64,000 bases of DNA, from assembly GCA_014193115.1 (NCBI GenBank), contig BJHQ01000009.1, positions 56,643-120,642 on the forward strand, written 5' to 3'. The position numbers and the translations under genes are program-made. The stretch is from Planctomycetota bacterium. Lineage in GTDB: Bacteria; Planctomycetota; UBA11346. This document shows positions 27,790 through 37,372 of this stretch, piece by piece. Each line of letters opens with the position of its first letter. Position 1 is the stretch's first letter. The notes below the pieces were generated by a model. That model ran no database searches and was not told the DNA's origin. It saw nothing but the letters and a program-made list of their open reading frames with translations.

Positions 27790-28307
27790 GCAGCGATCCC
27801 CGGCAGGCCATCGCCATCCAGCTGTCCGCCCATCTCGATGCCGAACTGTCCGCCCATCGCCTGTGGCTGGCCTTGGCCGAACAGCGCTTGAAAGCTGCCA
27901 AGACCGCGGACCACGCGGCGCTGACCGCCGCAGCCTCACGCGAACCGCCGGTGCTGGCCGAGATCAACCGCCTGCGCTCAGCCCGCGAACGATTGCTGAA
28001 GGCCGCCGCCGCGGTCTGCGGGCTGCGCGGCGCGGTGACTCTCGGCGGCCTGTGCGCGGCCTTGCCCGAGGCCCTGCGCGCCGCTCTGGACCAGCGCGGA
28101 CGGGAACTGCGTGCCCTGCTCGAACGGCTGAAAATCGTGGAAGATCACTGCGCGGTACTGCTCCGCTCGGGGCTGTCGCTGGTCCGCGACCTGCTCGACG
28201 CCATCGCCGGAGCCGAGCGCCCGGCCCGTTCGCCTTACGACCGTCGGGGAGGCGTCCTCGGTGTGCAACCGGCCCTGCGCGGTGGACTGGTCGACCTGCG
28301 CGGGTGA
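27786..28307 (+). CDS. flgN: Flagellar export chaperone FlgN family
   Basis: Helical 173-aa protein after the flgJ-like gene; C-terminal YDRRG...LVDLRG pattern. Confidence 0.7.
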   Translation: MSSDPRQAIAIQLSAHLDAELSAHRLWLALAEQRLKAAKTADHAALTAAASREPPVLAEINRLRSARERLLKAAAAVCGLRGAVTLGGLCAALPEALRAALDQRGRELRALLERLKIVEDHCAVLLRSGLSLVRDLLDAIAGAERPARSPYDRRGGVLGVQPALRGGLVDLRG

Positions 28308-28447
28308 GCTTGCGCAACTGGGGCGGCTTAGCGCGGATTGGCGCTGCATCGCACCTTTCGGTCCGGTGCGACGCCTGGCATGACGCCGCAGCCAGCCAAT
28401 GTCAGAAAAGGCGCAGTTCGCTGGAATCCGCAGCCTAGATTCGAGCC

Positions 28448-28999
28448 ATGCGTCCGTTCCTGCTCCTCCTCGCCTGCGCCTCCTTCGGCGTGGCGGCCAA
28501 TCCCCTCGAAACGCTGTGCTCGGCGGTCAGGCCGGGCGAGTGGAAGAACTGGGATCTCGACAAAGACGGCAAGCCCAGCCGGCTTGAAGCCCTGGTCGGG
28601 ATGATCCTCAAACCAGCCTGGTTCTCCCAACGTTTTCCCGATGTCTTCACAAAATTTGATCGCGACGGCGATGGCTTGCTCGATCTCCATGAGATCAACG
28701 CCGCGGCCGACAGCGCTGGATCCGACACCTGGTCGATCGCTGCGACCGAACGCCATCGCACAGTGAAATCGAAGCTGATGCCGGCCATGGCCGCTCCCGG
28801 CACCGCCCTCCAGGTCGGAAGCGGTCACACCCAGGCGATGGTCGCGTTCATGCAGCAGCAGGCTTATATCATGGATTACGACGTGGTCGGCGGCCAGTAC
28901 GACCCGGTCGTCGGGGTGATCTCCAGCGGCATGGTCCTGGAGGTCGCCGATGTCCTCGTCACCATCGAACGCAAGCCGATCGGACGGAAGAATCCCTGA
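28448..28999 (+). CDS. Secreted EF-hand protein with secretin-like C-terminal segment
   Basis: Signal peptide; DLDKDGKPSRLE and DRDGDGLLDLHE EF-hand loops; QAYIMDYDV...DPVVGVISSGMVLEV. Confidence 0.7.
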   Translation: MRPFLLLLACASFGVAANPLETLCSAVRPGEWKNWDLDKDGKPSRLEALVGMILKPAWFSQRFPDVFTKFDRDGDGLLDLHEINAAADSAGSDTWSIAATERHRTVKSKLMPAMAAPGTALQVGSGHTQAMVAFMQQQAYIMDYDVVGGQYDPVVGVISSGMVLEVADVLVTIERKPIGRKNP

Positions 29000-29000
29000 A

Positions 29001-29804
29001 CTAACGGGTCGCTGCCCGCACGATCAGCAGGGTGTCGGACTGCTCGGCGGTGCGCAGCGGGCGCAGATCGATGCGCCAATGTCCGGCGCTGCCGCCGTTG
29101 CTTGCTGCGGGATTCGCCTGGCTGTTGCCTGGCCGGACCGCGGTCTCGACCACGCCGATCACCAATCCGGCGGGAAAGGTGCCTCCGGTGCTCACCGCGA
29201 CCTGGCCCGGAGCCACCACCAGACCGGGCAGGTCCTCGACCAGGTCCAGCCGCAGGCCGGCGGCGCGTCCGGTTCCGGCGGCGACCCCCTGGGCGGTGAG
29301 CGCCGCCGGCGCCGCCTGACGAGGATCGACCAGTGCCGCCGGGATCCGGCACATGCTGTCGCTGACCAGCTGGACCAGGCAGCGGCTGGAGCGGATGCCG
29401 GCGACCACGCCGACCAGGCTGCGTCCGGCCACCACCGCCAATCCCGGAATCACGCCCTGATCAGCTCCGATATCCAAAGCCAGGTAGCGCCGCCCAAGGC
29501 GCGAGGTCCGTTCCACCACCCGGCCACGGGCGACCGGGGCGAATCCCGCCAAGGCGTCTTCACCAGCGATGCCCTGATAATCAGCCAGCCGTGAGCGCAG
29601 CCGGGCAGTTTCGGCCAGGGCCGACGCCAGACGTTCGTGGACCTCAGCGGTCGAAGCCAGACCTGGGCGGCTGCCAGCCAAGGCGACCAGCGCGTCATCG
29701 AGCACTGGCGCCGCCGCCACCCGCCAGCGATCGGCCAGGGCCGTTGCCGCGACCAGGACGGCGAGGAGGGCGAGACCGGCGGCGGCGAGCAGGGCCCGAT
29801 GCAT
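29001..29804 (-). CDS. mreC: Rod shape-determining protein MreC
   Basis: TM plus coiled coil, LDIGADQGV..GLAVV...LVGVV, STGGTFPAGLVIG; start at MHRALL. Confidence 0.8.
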   Translation of the reverse strand: MHRALLAAAGLALLAVLVAATALADRWRVAAAPVLDDALVALAGSRPGLASTAEVHERLASALAETARLRSRLADYQGIAGEDALAGFAPVARGRVVERTSRLGRRYLALDIGADQGVIPGLAVVAGRSLVGVVAGIRSSRCLVQLVSDSMCRIPAALVDPRQAAPAALTAQGVAAGTGRAAGLRLDLVEDLPGLVVAPGQVAVSTGGTFPAGLVIGVVETAVRPGNSQANPAASNGGSAGHWRIDLRPLRTAEQSDTLLIVRAATR

Positions 29805-29877
29805 CGCTGGCAGCGTAGCAGGTCGTGAAAAAACCGCAGCCTGGCTGGAGTCCCGGAGAAGCTCGCCGCCGGAGGAA

Positions 29878-29923
29878 TCGGCTGCGCTTGTGGAGTCGGC
29901 TGCGCTTGTGGCGTCGGCTGCGC
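29878..29923. repeat. 18-bp tandem repeat x2.5 in a divergent intergenic region
   Basis: tcggctgcgcttgtgg(a/c)g repeated. Confidence 0.8.
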
Positions 29924-30026
29924 CGTGCCGCCAGCCCCGCTGGTGTCGGCTCATGGCTGAAAAGTTGGAATTCACCGTCAGTTTTTGCGGCACAACAGCC
30001 AGCGCCAGAGGTGGTACGGTCAAGAC

Positions 30027-30926
30027 ATGCCCACGATCCTGCCCTATGCCTCGATCCTGCTCGCTCCCTTGCTGGCTGCCGCCTGGTCCGGCGAATCCGC
30101 AGCCGTCCGCGATGACCGCGCCGCCGAGCAGCTCGGCTGGAAGGTGGCCACGAAGGGCTACACCTTCATCAAGGACCAGAAGACCTTCATCGAGACCCTG
30201 GACATCACCCAGCGGCTCGGCCTGAAATACATCGAGGTCAATCAGCGGCAGAGCTTTTCGAAGGAAGACCCGCGATTCACCGACGAGAAATCCCCGGCTG
30301 ACCTGCGCGAAGCGATCCGCCAGGCGATGGCGAGCCGGGGCATCCGGCCCATCGGCCTCGGTACGTTGCACCCCAACAACGACGAAAAAGCCACGCGGAG
30401 CAAATTCCAATACGCCAAAGACCTCGGCATCGATCTGCTGATCGCCGAGCCATTCGCCGATGCCTACGATCTGGTCGACCGGTTGTCGGTCGAGTACGGC
30501 ATCCGCGTCGCGATCCACAACCACGGCAAACCCACGCACATGTGGGATCCGGCGCTGGTCGTCGCTGCGATCGCCGGCCGTGGTCGCACTTGGGGAGCCT
30601 GCGCCGATACCGGGCATTGGGCGCGCTCTGGGCTGACACCGGTCGACTGCCTGAAAACGCTCGAAGGCAAGCTGCTCAGCTTCCATTTCAAAGACACCGA
30701 CAAGATCGGCCAAGGCGCGGTCGATGTCGTGCTCGGCACCGGCGCTGCCGACGTCAAAGGCATGCTTATCGAGCTGAAACGGCAGCGCTTCTCTGGGTTG
30801 ATCGCTCTGGAATACGAACCGGCAGCCAAGGGCGAGCAGCTGGTCGACGAACTGCGCCGGGGCATCGCCTACATCGACCAGGTCGCCCGGGAACTCACCG
30901 CGGTGCCGGCTGGGGCCGCCCCCTGA
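30027..30926 (+). CDS. Exported sugar phosphate isomerase/epimerase (TIM barrel)
   Basis: Signal peptide; VAIHNH, CADTGHW, HFKD, IALEYE. Confidence 0.88.
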   Translation: MPTILPYASILLAPLLAAAWSGESAAVRDDRAAEQLGWKVATKGYTFIKDQKTFIETLDITQRLGLKYIEVNQRQSFSKEDPRFTDEKSPADLREAIRQAMASRGIRPIGLGTLHPNNDEKATRSKFQYAKDLGIDLLIAEPFADAYDLVDRLSVEYGIRVAIHNHGKPTHMWDPALVVAAIAGRGRTWGACADTGHWARSGLTPVDCLKTLEGKLLSFHFKDTDKIGQGAVDVVLGTGAADVKGMLIELKRQRFSGLIALEYEPAAKGEQLVDELRRGIAYIDQVARELTAVPAGAAP

Positions 30927-30942
30927 GCCCTGGTCCGGCGCA

Positions 30943-31884
30943 TCAACCGAAGCGGATCGAGGCGACCTGATGCAGGCACCTGAGCAGGTGCCTGCACTGG
31001 ATGGGATCGCCCGATTTCCTGCCATAATGCCTGAAATCGCATAAGGCAGCGCACCGGGCGTAGAACCAGGCCCGGTCGGCGAAGGCCGGGTCGCGAGGAC
31101 CGTGCGACGCAGCGAGGGCGGCGGCCAGGCCTTCGCTGCTCAGCCACAGCGCGACGCCGCCGAAATCGAAGGCCGGATCGCCGAGCCCGCTGTCACCCCA
31201 GTCGATGCATCCGGTGATCCGGCTGCGATCGGCCATGATCAGATGATTCGCGGTCAGGTCGGCGTGGACCAGCACCGGCTGGTCGGGATTGGCTGGTGGA
31301 ATGCTGGCGGTTCCACTCAGCAGGTCGTGGAAAGGCGGCTCCAGTTCTGGCGGCAGGTACTGCATGATGGCATCGCGGTGGGTGATGACCCGCTGCGCAG
31401 AAAAGGCAGGTTCATCCGGAATCCGGCGCACCGGCCCGACCTGTTCGGCGGTGATCGTGTGGACGGCGGCGAGAAAGGCACCCAGTTGCTGACCGATGCG
31501 TGCGGCCTCAGGGTCGGGCAGCAGCTCGCCGGTATCGCCCGGGATGCACGCATAGCCCATGAAGGCATAGGGAAATTGCTCGCTCGCCTGGCCAAACCAA
31601 TGCGGCCGTGGGGTCATGATCGCTTGGCCGAGCCGCTCGATCGCGGCCAGCACCCGCAACTCCATCACCAGCCAGCCGGCGACCTCGGAGCGTTTCGGAA
31701 AGCGGAAGATCCAGTGATCGTTGACCAGGAACGCCTGGCTATCCCAGCCTTCGCTGACATAGGCCACCGTCGCTACAGGCAACTGAGGGAATTGAGCGGC
31801 CAGCACCGATCGGACGATGTCCGCATCAAGGTGGCGGTCGCTGCGCCACGGCACCGGCGCTTCGGTTGATGGCGGGACGTTCAT
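30943..31884 (-). CDS. Aminoglycoside phosphotransferase (APH) family kinase
   Basis: EGWDS, IFRFPK, VHADL..NH, IDWGD...GDPAFD; start at MNVPP overlapping the paiB-like stop. Confidence 0.88.
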   Translation of the reverse strand: MNVPPSTEAPVPWRSDRHLDADIVRSVLAAQFPQLPVATVAYVSEGWDSQAFLVNDHWIFRFPKRSEVAGWLVMELRVLAAIERLGQAIMTPRPHWFGQASEQFPYAFMGYACIPGDTGELLPDPEAARIGQQLGAFLAAVHTITAEQVGPVRRIPDEPAFSAQRVITHRDAIMQYLPPELEPPFHDLLSGTASIPPANPDQPVLVHADLTANHLIMADRSRITGCIDWGDSGLGDPAFDFGGVALWLSSEGLAAALAASHGPRDPAFADRAWFYARCAALCDFRHYGRKSGDPIQCRHLLRCLHQVASIRFG

Positions 31885-32510
31885 GGAGCTGGCCAGGGCT
31901 GTTCCCCGGCCAGGGTCCTGGCCATCGCCGCACCGATGCTCCGGGCCTGGGGATCGTCGCTGGCGGCAAGATGCTCGATGACCCGCTGCCGTCGTTGAGC
32001 GCTGTGATTTGCCGACAACTTGGCCTTGGCGATGAGCTCCACGCCTTCGATCCGGAACCAGCGGATCTGCTGGGCGAGTCGTGCAAAAGTCGCTTCGTCC
32101 AGCTGCGCCTGCCAGGCGTCGTTGCCGGGATCGCTGGTGCTGGCGGCCAAGCGTCCGAACAACTGGCGCACGGCCGCCGGATCGGTGATGACCGTCAGCG
32201 GCCCCGCGACGTGGACAGCCAGGTAGTTCCAGGTGGGCACCGTGTTCCTTTCGTCGTACCAGGCTGCCGAGACATAGGCATGGGGACCGTGGAAGATCGC
32301 CAGACCGCGCTCTGCCTGCCACAACGGATTGCCGATCGCGACGTGACCATGCACGACCAGGCGATCGTCGCTGCGGTCGATCAGCAGCGGCAAATGCTGG
32401 GCTTCCGGGCCATCTGCGCCGATCGAAACCACAGTGGCGAAGGGATGGGCGCGGCAACAGGCGATCACGCTCTCCAGATCGCTCCACGCATGGGCGGCAG
32501 GCAGGTACAT
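31881..32510 (-). CDS. PaiB-family FMN-binding negative transcriptional regulator
   Basis: MYLP start, GHVA..NP, FHGPHAYVS..WY, VPTWNY.AVH, KLSAN. Confidence 0.9.
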   Translation of the reverse strand: MYLPAAHAWSDLESVIACCRAHPFATVVSIGADGPEAQHLPLLIDRSDDRLVVHGHVAIGNPLWQAERGLAIFHGPHAYVSAAWYDERNTVPTWNYLAVHVAGPLTVITDPAAVRQLFGRLAASTSDPGNDAWQAQLDEATFARLAQQIRWFRIEGVELIAKAKLSANHSAQRRQRVIEHLAASDDPQARSIGAAMARTLAGEQPWPAP

Positions 32511-32935
32511 CAGCAGGCTCCTGCGACCGGCCAAGCCCGCCGCCGTGATTTCCACATGCCAAACCCGGGACGTTCGTTGAATCCAAGGGCGCGGTACACG
32601 CCATGGGCATCGCGGGTGTGGAGGTGCACATGGCAGGTGGCCACTGCCTCGTGGGCGGTCAGACGTCTGACCATGCCGCGGCCGATGCCGTTCTGACGAC
32701 AGGCAGGATCGACCACCACGTCGCACAGATAGGCATGGGTCGCGAAGTCGGTGATCAGTCGGGCAAAGCCGACCATCTGGCTGTCGTCCCAGGCCGAAAT
32801 GCAGAACGACGTGCGCAGCGCCCGCTGGACCTGGGCCAGGCTGCGGTCCCCTGCCCAATAGGTGTCCCGGAGCAGCGCGTACAGACGCTCAGCGTCGACC
32901 GGCTCGGGGCCGAAGCGGAAGATGACCTCTGGCAT
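32510..32935 (-). CDS. GNAT family N-acetyltransferase
   Basis: TYWA, VGFARLITD..THAYLCDVVV, RQNGIG, DAHGVY. Confidence 0.9.
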   Translation of the reverse strand: MPEVIFRFGPEPVDAERLYALLRDTYWAGDRSLAQVQRALRTSFCISAWDDSQMVGFARLITDFATHAYLCDVVVDPACRQNGIGRGMVRRLTAHEAVATCHVHLHTRDAHGVYRALGFNERPGFGMWKSRRRAWPVAGAC

Positions 32936-33039
32936 GGTGGATCCTGGAAAAGCAGCGAGGCGGTCTCGGGCGAGTAGGAGCTGGGCGGAGGTGTGGTTGG
33001 CTCAGGCCAGTCCGTGAGCGGATGGCAGCTGGTCGCGAC

Positions 33040-33453
33040 TCAGCCGCCCGACCACGTGGCCGCAAGGCGCTGGGCCATCGCCGCCAAATCTTCGCTGGTG
33101 GCTTTGGCTGCTTGATGATGGGCTGGGCGGTCGCCGCCGAATCGCGGAACCACATGGACATGGGCGTGGGGAATGATCTGGCCGGCTTCACGCCCATCAT
33201 TGACCTGCACCAGGACGGCTGGCGCGCCGGTAACGGATTTCACGCAGACCGTCAGCCGGGCGAGGTACCCGCCGAGTTCGGCCAGAACCTCAGGCGGAAG
33301 CTCAGATAAAAAGGCCGCCTCGTGACGCGGAACCAGCAAGGTGTGACCAGGGGCGGAAGGATGGATGTCGAGGAAAGCGCACCACCGGGTCTCACGGAAG
33401 ACGAAGGCTCCGGGCAGTTCGCCGGCGAGGATGCGGGAGAAGAGGCTGGGCAT
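33040..33453 (-). CDS. HIT family hydrolase
   Basis: SLFSRILAGELP, AFLDIHP, GHTLLVP, HAHVHVVPR. Confidence 0.93.
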   Translation of the reverse strand: MPSLFSRILAGELPGAFVFRETRWCAFLDIHPSAPGHTLLVPRHEAAFLSELPPEVLAELGGYLARLTVCVKSVTGAPAVLVQVNDGREAGQIIPHAHVHVVPRFGGDRPAHHQAAKATSEDLAAMAQRLAATWSGG

Positions 33454-33567
33454 AGCGGCGACCTGAGCGGTTGCACCGACGTTGGTCAAGCGCCGCCGAG
33501 GCAGCCTGCACCGGAACCGCCGACCGACGGCGGTGGATTTGCCCTGGCGATCCGACTGCTAGCCTTG

Positions 33568-33783
33568 ATGCCCATGAACGTGCTCGCTGACACCGACTGG
33601 GCCACCTTGACCGCCGCCGTCCGCGGCCACTGCCCGCGCCTGACTCCATCGGATCTCGTCGAGGCCGAGCGCCGGGTCGATCTGCTGTGCGCGAAGATCC
33701 AGTTCCGGCATTGGATCAGCCGCGACCGGGCCCGCCGGCTGGTGCTCGGCGAGATGGGCCGGTTGGGCATCATCGCGGCCTGA
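33568..33783 (+). CDS. Small CsbD/YjbJ-like protein
   Basis: W..L...V....PRLT..DL......D.L..KIQ.R..ISRD.A pattern. Confidence 0.6.
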   Translation: MPMNVLADTDWATLTAAVRGHCPRLTPSDLVEAERRVDLLCAKIQFRHWISRDRARRLVLGEMGRLGIIAA

Positions 33784-33860
33784 ATACCGCCTGGCCAGGT
33801 TCGATCGGATTTGGTCGGTTCCGGCTTGACCGGCGCCGTCCCGGATGCGACTCACGGGGC

Positions 33861-35972
33861 ATGACCACGCCCGCTCCGCTCGTTTCCGACTCCCCGCTGC
33901 TCGCCACCGGCAGCATCCCGGCCTTCGACCGCATCGCCCCGGAGCAGGTCGAACCTGCCATCCGCACCCTGCTCGCCGCGTTCCACGCCGGCTTCGACCG
34001 GCTGGAGGCAACCGTCCAGCCCACCTGGGACGGATCGATCGCGGCAGTGACCTCGCTGGCTGAGCCACTGGCCTGGGCCTGGGGCGTGGTCAACCACCTG
34101 ATGGGAGTGCGCAATTCGCCTGCCCTGCGCAACGCCCACCAGGCGGTGCAAGGCGACGTGGTATCAGCGTTCCTGCGGCTAGGTCAGTCGCGAGCACTAT
34201 ACGAAGCCTATCGGCAGATCGATGGATCCCAACTTGATGCCGTGCAGCAGCGGGTGGTCCGGTTGTCGCTCATCGAGATGGAATTGTCGGGCGTGGCGCT
34301 GCAAGGCGCCGCGAAGGAGCGCTTCACCGCAATCGAACAGGAACTGGCCGAACTCGCGACCCGGTATGAAAACCAGCTGATCGACGCCACCAAAGCGTGG
34401 TCGCTGACCTTGACCGACCCGGCAGAGGTGGACGGCCTGCCGCCGACCTTGCGGGCCGCGCTGGCGAGCCGAGCCAAAGCGGTATGGCAGGAGACCAAGG
34501 CGGGAGCGGAGCCCACCCCCGAGTCCGGTCCGTGGCGGTTGACCCTCGATTTTCCGATCGCTGGGCCGTTCCTGGAGCACAGCCGGCGCAGGGATCTGCG
34601 CGAATGCCTGTACCGGGCGATGGTCACCAAGGCGTCGACCGGTGCGTTCGACAACGGTCCGGTACTCGAACGGATCCTGCTGCTGCGCCAGGAGCGGGCG
34701 GAATTGCTGGGAAAGCGCAGCCATGCCGAAGTCAGCCTGGCGACCAAGATGGCCCGCGAGGTCGCTGCCGCCGAACGGCTGCTGGCCGAACTGAAAGGCC
34801 CGGCCAAGGCCAAGGCCGACGCCGAACTCGCCGAGCTGCGCGCCTTCGCCCGCCAGCGCTCCGGGGATCCGGATCTCGACCTGGCGCTGTGGGACATCGG
34901 CTTCTGGGCGGAACGTCTGCGCGAGGACCGCTATGCCTACACCGATGAGGAACTCCGTCCGTATTTCGCCCTGCCCCAGGTGCTCGATGGGTTGTTCGCC
35001 ACCGCCAAGCGGCTGTTCGGCGTGACCATCCGGGCCGCCGACGGCACGGCGCCGGTGTGGCATGCGGATGTCCGGTTCTTCCGCATCGCCGACCGCGATG
35101 GCCAGGATATCGCTGCATTTTATCTGGACCCCTATGTGCGTCCGGCAGACAAGCGGGGCGGCGCCTGGATGGATTCTGCCCTCGACCGCAAGCGCTTGGA
35201 CCATGGTTCCGTGCGCCAGCCGGTGGCTTATCTGGTGTGCAACCAGTCGCCGCCGGTGGGCGACGCGCCATCCCTGATGACCTTTCGCGAGGTCGAGACC
35301 CTGTTCCACGAATTCGGCCACGGATTGCAGCACCTGCTGACCAGGGTCGAGCACGTCGAGGCCGCCGGGATCCGCAACGTCGAATGGGATGCGGTGGAAT
35401 TGCCCAGTCAATTCATGGAGAACTGGTGCTTCGACCCGGCGACGATGCTCGGAACGCCCGGTCAGCCTGGGCTGGCCCGCCACTGGCGCACCGGCGAGGC
35501 GTTGCCCAAGGCGACCTTCGACCGGATCGTCGCGGCGCGAACCTATCGCGCCGGTTCGATGACCTTGCGCCAGATCTATTTCGCCCAGACCGATCTCGAA
35601 TTGCATCACCGTTACCGTGCTGGCGGTGCGGTCACCGCCGGCGATGTCCAGCGGGCGGTGGCGCGCACCAGCACGGTCCTGCCGCCGTTGCCCGAAGATC
35701 GCAGCCTGTGCGGCTTCAGCCATATCTTCGCCGGAGGCTACGCCGCTGGATATTACAGTTACAAATGGGCCGAAGTGCTCTCCGCTGACGCCTTCGCCGC
35801 TTTCGAGGAGGCCGGACTGGACAACGCGGTGCAGGTCGCCGCCATCGGCCAGCGCTTCCGCGACACGGTGCTCGCCCTGGGCGGAGGCACCGATCCGGCC
35901 ACGGTGTTCAGGACCTTCCGCGGCCGCGATCCGTCCACCGCCGCCCTGATCCGCCACACCGGCCTGGGCTGA
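33861..35972 (+). CDS. prlC: Oligopeptidase A (peptidase M3A)
   Basis: KRGGAWMD, LFHEFGHGLQH, WDAVELPSQFMENW, HIFAGGYAAGYYSYKWAEVL. Confidence 0.95.
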   Translation: MTTPAPLVSDSPLLATGSIPAFDRIAPEQVEPAIRTLLAAFHAGFDRLEATVQPTWDGSIAAVTSLAEPLAWAWGVVNHLMGVRNSPALRNAHQAVQGDVVSAFLRLGQSRALYEAYRQIDGSQLDAVQQRVVRLSLIEMELSGVALQGAAKERFTAIEQELAELATRYENQLIDATKAWSLTLTDPAEVDGLPPTLRAALASRAKAVWQETKAGAEPTPESGPWRLTLDFPIAGPFLEHSRRRDLRECLYRAMVTKASTGAFDNGPVLERILLLRQERAELLGKRSHAEVSLATKMAREVAAAERLLAELKGPAKAKADAELAELRAFARQRSGDPDLDLALWDIGFWAERLREDRYAYTDEELRPYFALPQVLDGLFATAKRLFGVTIRAADGTAPVWHADVRFFRIADRDGQDIAAFYLDPYVRPADKRGGAWMDSALDRKRLDHGSVRQPVAYLVCNQSPPVGDAPSLMTFREVETLFHEFGHGLQHLLTRVEHVEAAGIRNVEWDAVELPSQFMENWCFDPATMLGTPGQPGLARHWRTGEALPKATFDRIVAARTYRAGSMTLRQIYFAQTDLELHHRYRAGGAVTAGDVQRAVARTSTVLPPLPEDRSLCGFSHIFAGGYAAGYYSYKWAEVLSADAFAAFEEAGLDNAVQVAAIGQRFRDTVLALGGGTDPATVFRTFRGRDPSTAALIRHTGLG

Positions 35973-35982
35973 GCACGACGGT

Positions 35983-36828
35983 TTAGCCGGGGTTGGCATC
36001 CCACGGCGGGTCGCCGCCGCCGCGGAACTCCAGGACCAGCAGGCGGTCGGCCGCGGCATCGACGGTCAGCCGATAGCGGGTGGTCTCACGCCGCCCACGC
36101 CAGCGCCTCCACCAGGTGGATCCGGGACCGTCGACCGTGGCCAGGGTGACACCGGAGCTGGTTTCCTCGGTCGTCACGTGCTCCTGAGCGCGCAAGCTGA
36201 CCCGCAGCCAGTCCACCGGTGATCGCCCGGCGAGGATCCGGCTCGCCAGGGCATAGCGCCGGGCCACCAGCACTGCCGTCGTGCGCATACCTTCGCGATC
36301 GGCAGTGATTTTCGCCGGTGGTTGGAGGAACCACACCGCCCGGGCCAACCCAGCGACTTGGTGAAGGCCGGCCAACCGCCACCACGCCGGCAGCTCGATG
36401 GCGATCCCATGGACGTCCCAAGGCCAACGAGTGGCGGCGGCAAAACCTTCGGCTTCGGCCAGCATCCGGCGCAGGTCGTCCGGCGTCGCCGGAACGAGCT
36501 GCCGGGCCACCAGGACCAGACCTGATTCCGGCAACTGGCGGAAGACCGCATGCCAAGTACCTGATGGGCCGGTCCAGCTCGCACTGCGCTGGTCAGCAGC
36601 GATCTCGGCCCGGCCAACTCGCTCCTGCCGTCGGATCGTCGCCGTGATCTTGTTCAACGTGCGCTGCGGATCAGGCGTGATCGCGGTGCGTTCCCAACTG
36701 ATTGCCAGCACCGCCTGGCGGCCACGGGCGAGCAGGGCATGGCCGTTGCGCCAATGGCCATAGATGCCCACCGGTTCGACCTCAACCGGCAGCGGGATGC
36801 GCCAGCCATGCAAGGCAAGTTCAGCCAT
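35983..36828 (-). CDS. Hypothetical protein with an internal two-fold repeat
   Basis: 281-aa ORF; HGWRIPLP and HGIAIELP segments repeat. Confidence 0.65.
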   Translation of the reverse strand: MAELALHGWRIPLPVEVEPVGIYGHWRNGHALLARGRQAVLAISWERTAITPDPQRTLNKITATIRRQERVGRAEIAADQRSASWTGPSGTWHAVFRQLPESGLVLVARQLVPATPDDLRRMLAEAEGFAAATRWPWDVHGIAIELPAWWRLAGLHQVAGLARAVWFLQPPAKITADREGMRTTAVLVARRYALASRILAGRSPVDWLRVSLRAQEHVTTEETSSGVTLATVDGPGSTWWRRWRGRRETTRYRLTVDAAADRLLVLEFRGGGDPPWDANPG

Positions 36829-36876
36829 CGCTGCAAGTGGACTGCCTGGACGTGGTGGCGCCAGCGCGGTGCCCGT

Positions 36877-37227
36877 TCAGACCAATTGGGGGATTCCGGC
36901 GGTACTGTCGGAAAAACGCCCGACCGGAGTACCCAGCCGGTCGAGCATCGTGACGAACAATTTTGCGCAGGGCACATCGGCGCTGAAGCGATGGTAGGCG
37001 CCATGCTTCAAACCCATCTTGCTTCCGCCGGTCAGGATCAGCGGATAGTTGTTCGGATTGTGGAGGGTGCTGCAACCTGAACCGTACAGGACCATGGTTT
37101 GGTCGAGTAGACTGCCGTCGCCGTCATTCGTATCCCGTAACTTCCCAAGGAAATAGTCCAGCTGCTGGGCCAACCAGCGGTCGTACCGACCAAAATTGAC
37201 CTATCGGGTCGCGGAGGTGCGAGAGGT
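36877..37227 (-). pseudogene. 3' remnant of a DUF1552 gene (paralog of about 39892-40247)
   Basis: Near-identical DNA to the DUF1552 3' end; frameshift near 37200 (LSHLRDP versus LSHIRDP); 5' part missing. Confidence 0.9.
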
Positions 37228-37372
37228 TCGCCAGAAGACTGGCCGTCTGCCCAGTGATCTGCTGGGATCCGCTCAACCAAGGTGAGCCGAACCGGTCTCG
37301 TATCATGTCTCATCCTGCAACGCCGACGATCGCCGTGCAGGCTGGATTGGTGCTGCCAGTGGCCAGGCGTGG

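Noticed and set aside
29001-31025. 674-aa MreC fusion, and the 562-aa APH ORF at 30943-32631
   Set aside because: The N-terminal extensions overlap real genes on the opposite strand or in another frame; downstream starts at 29804 and 31884 fit the family lengths.
30943-33453. Acquired antibiotic-resistance cassette (APH + GNAT)
   Set aside because: Only superfamily-level similarity, host-like composition, no integron or IS features, and coupled to housekeeping-type PaiB and HIT genes.
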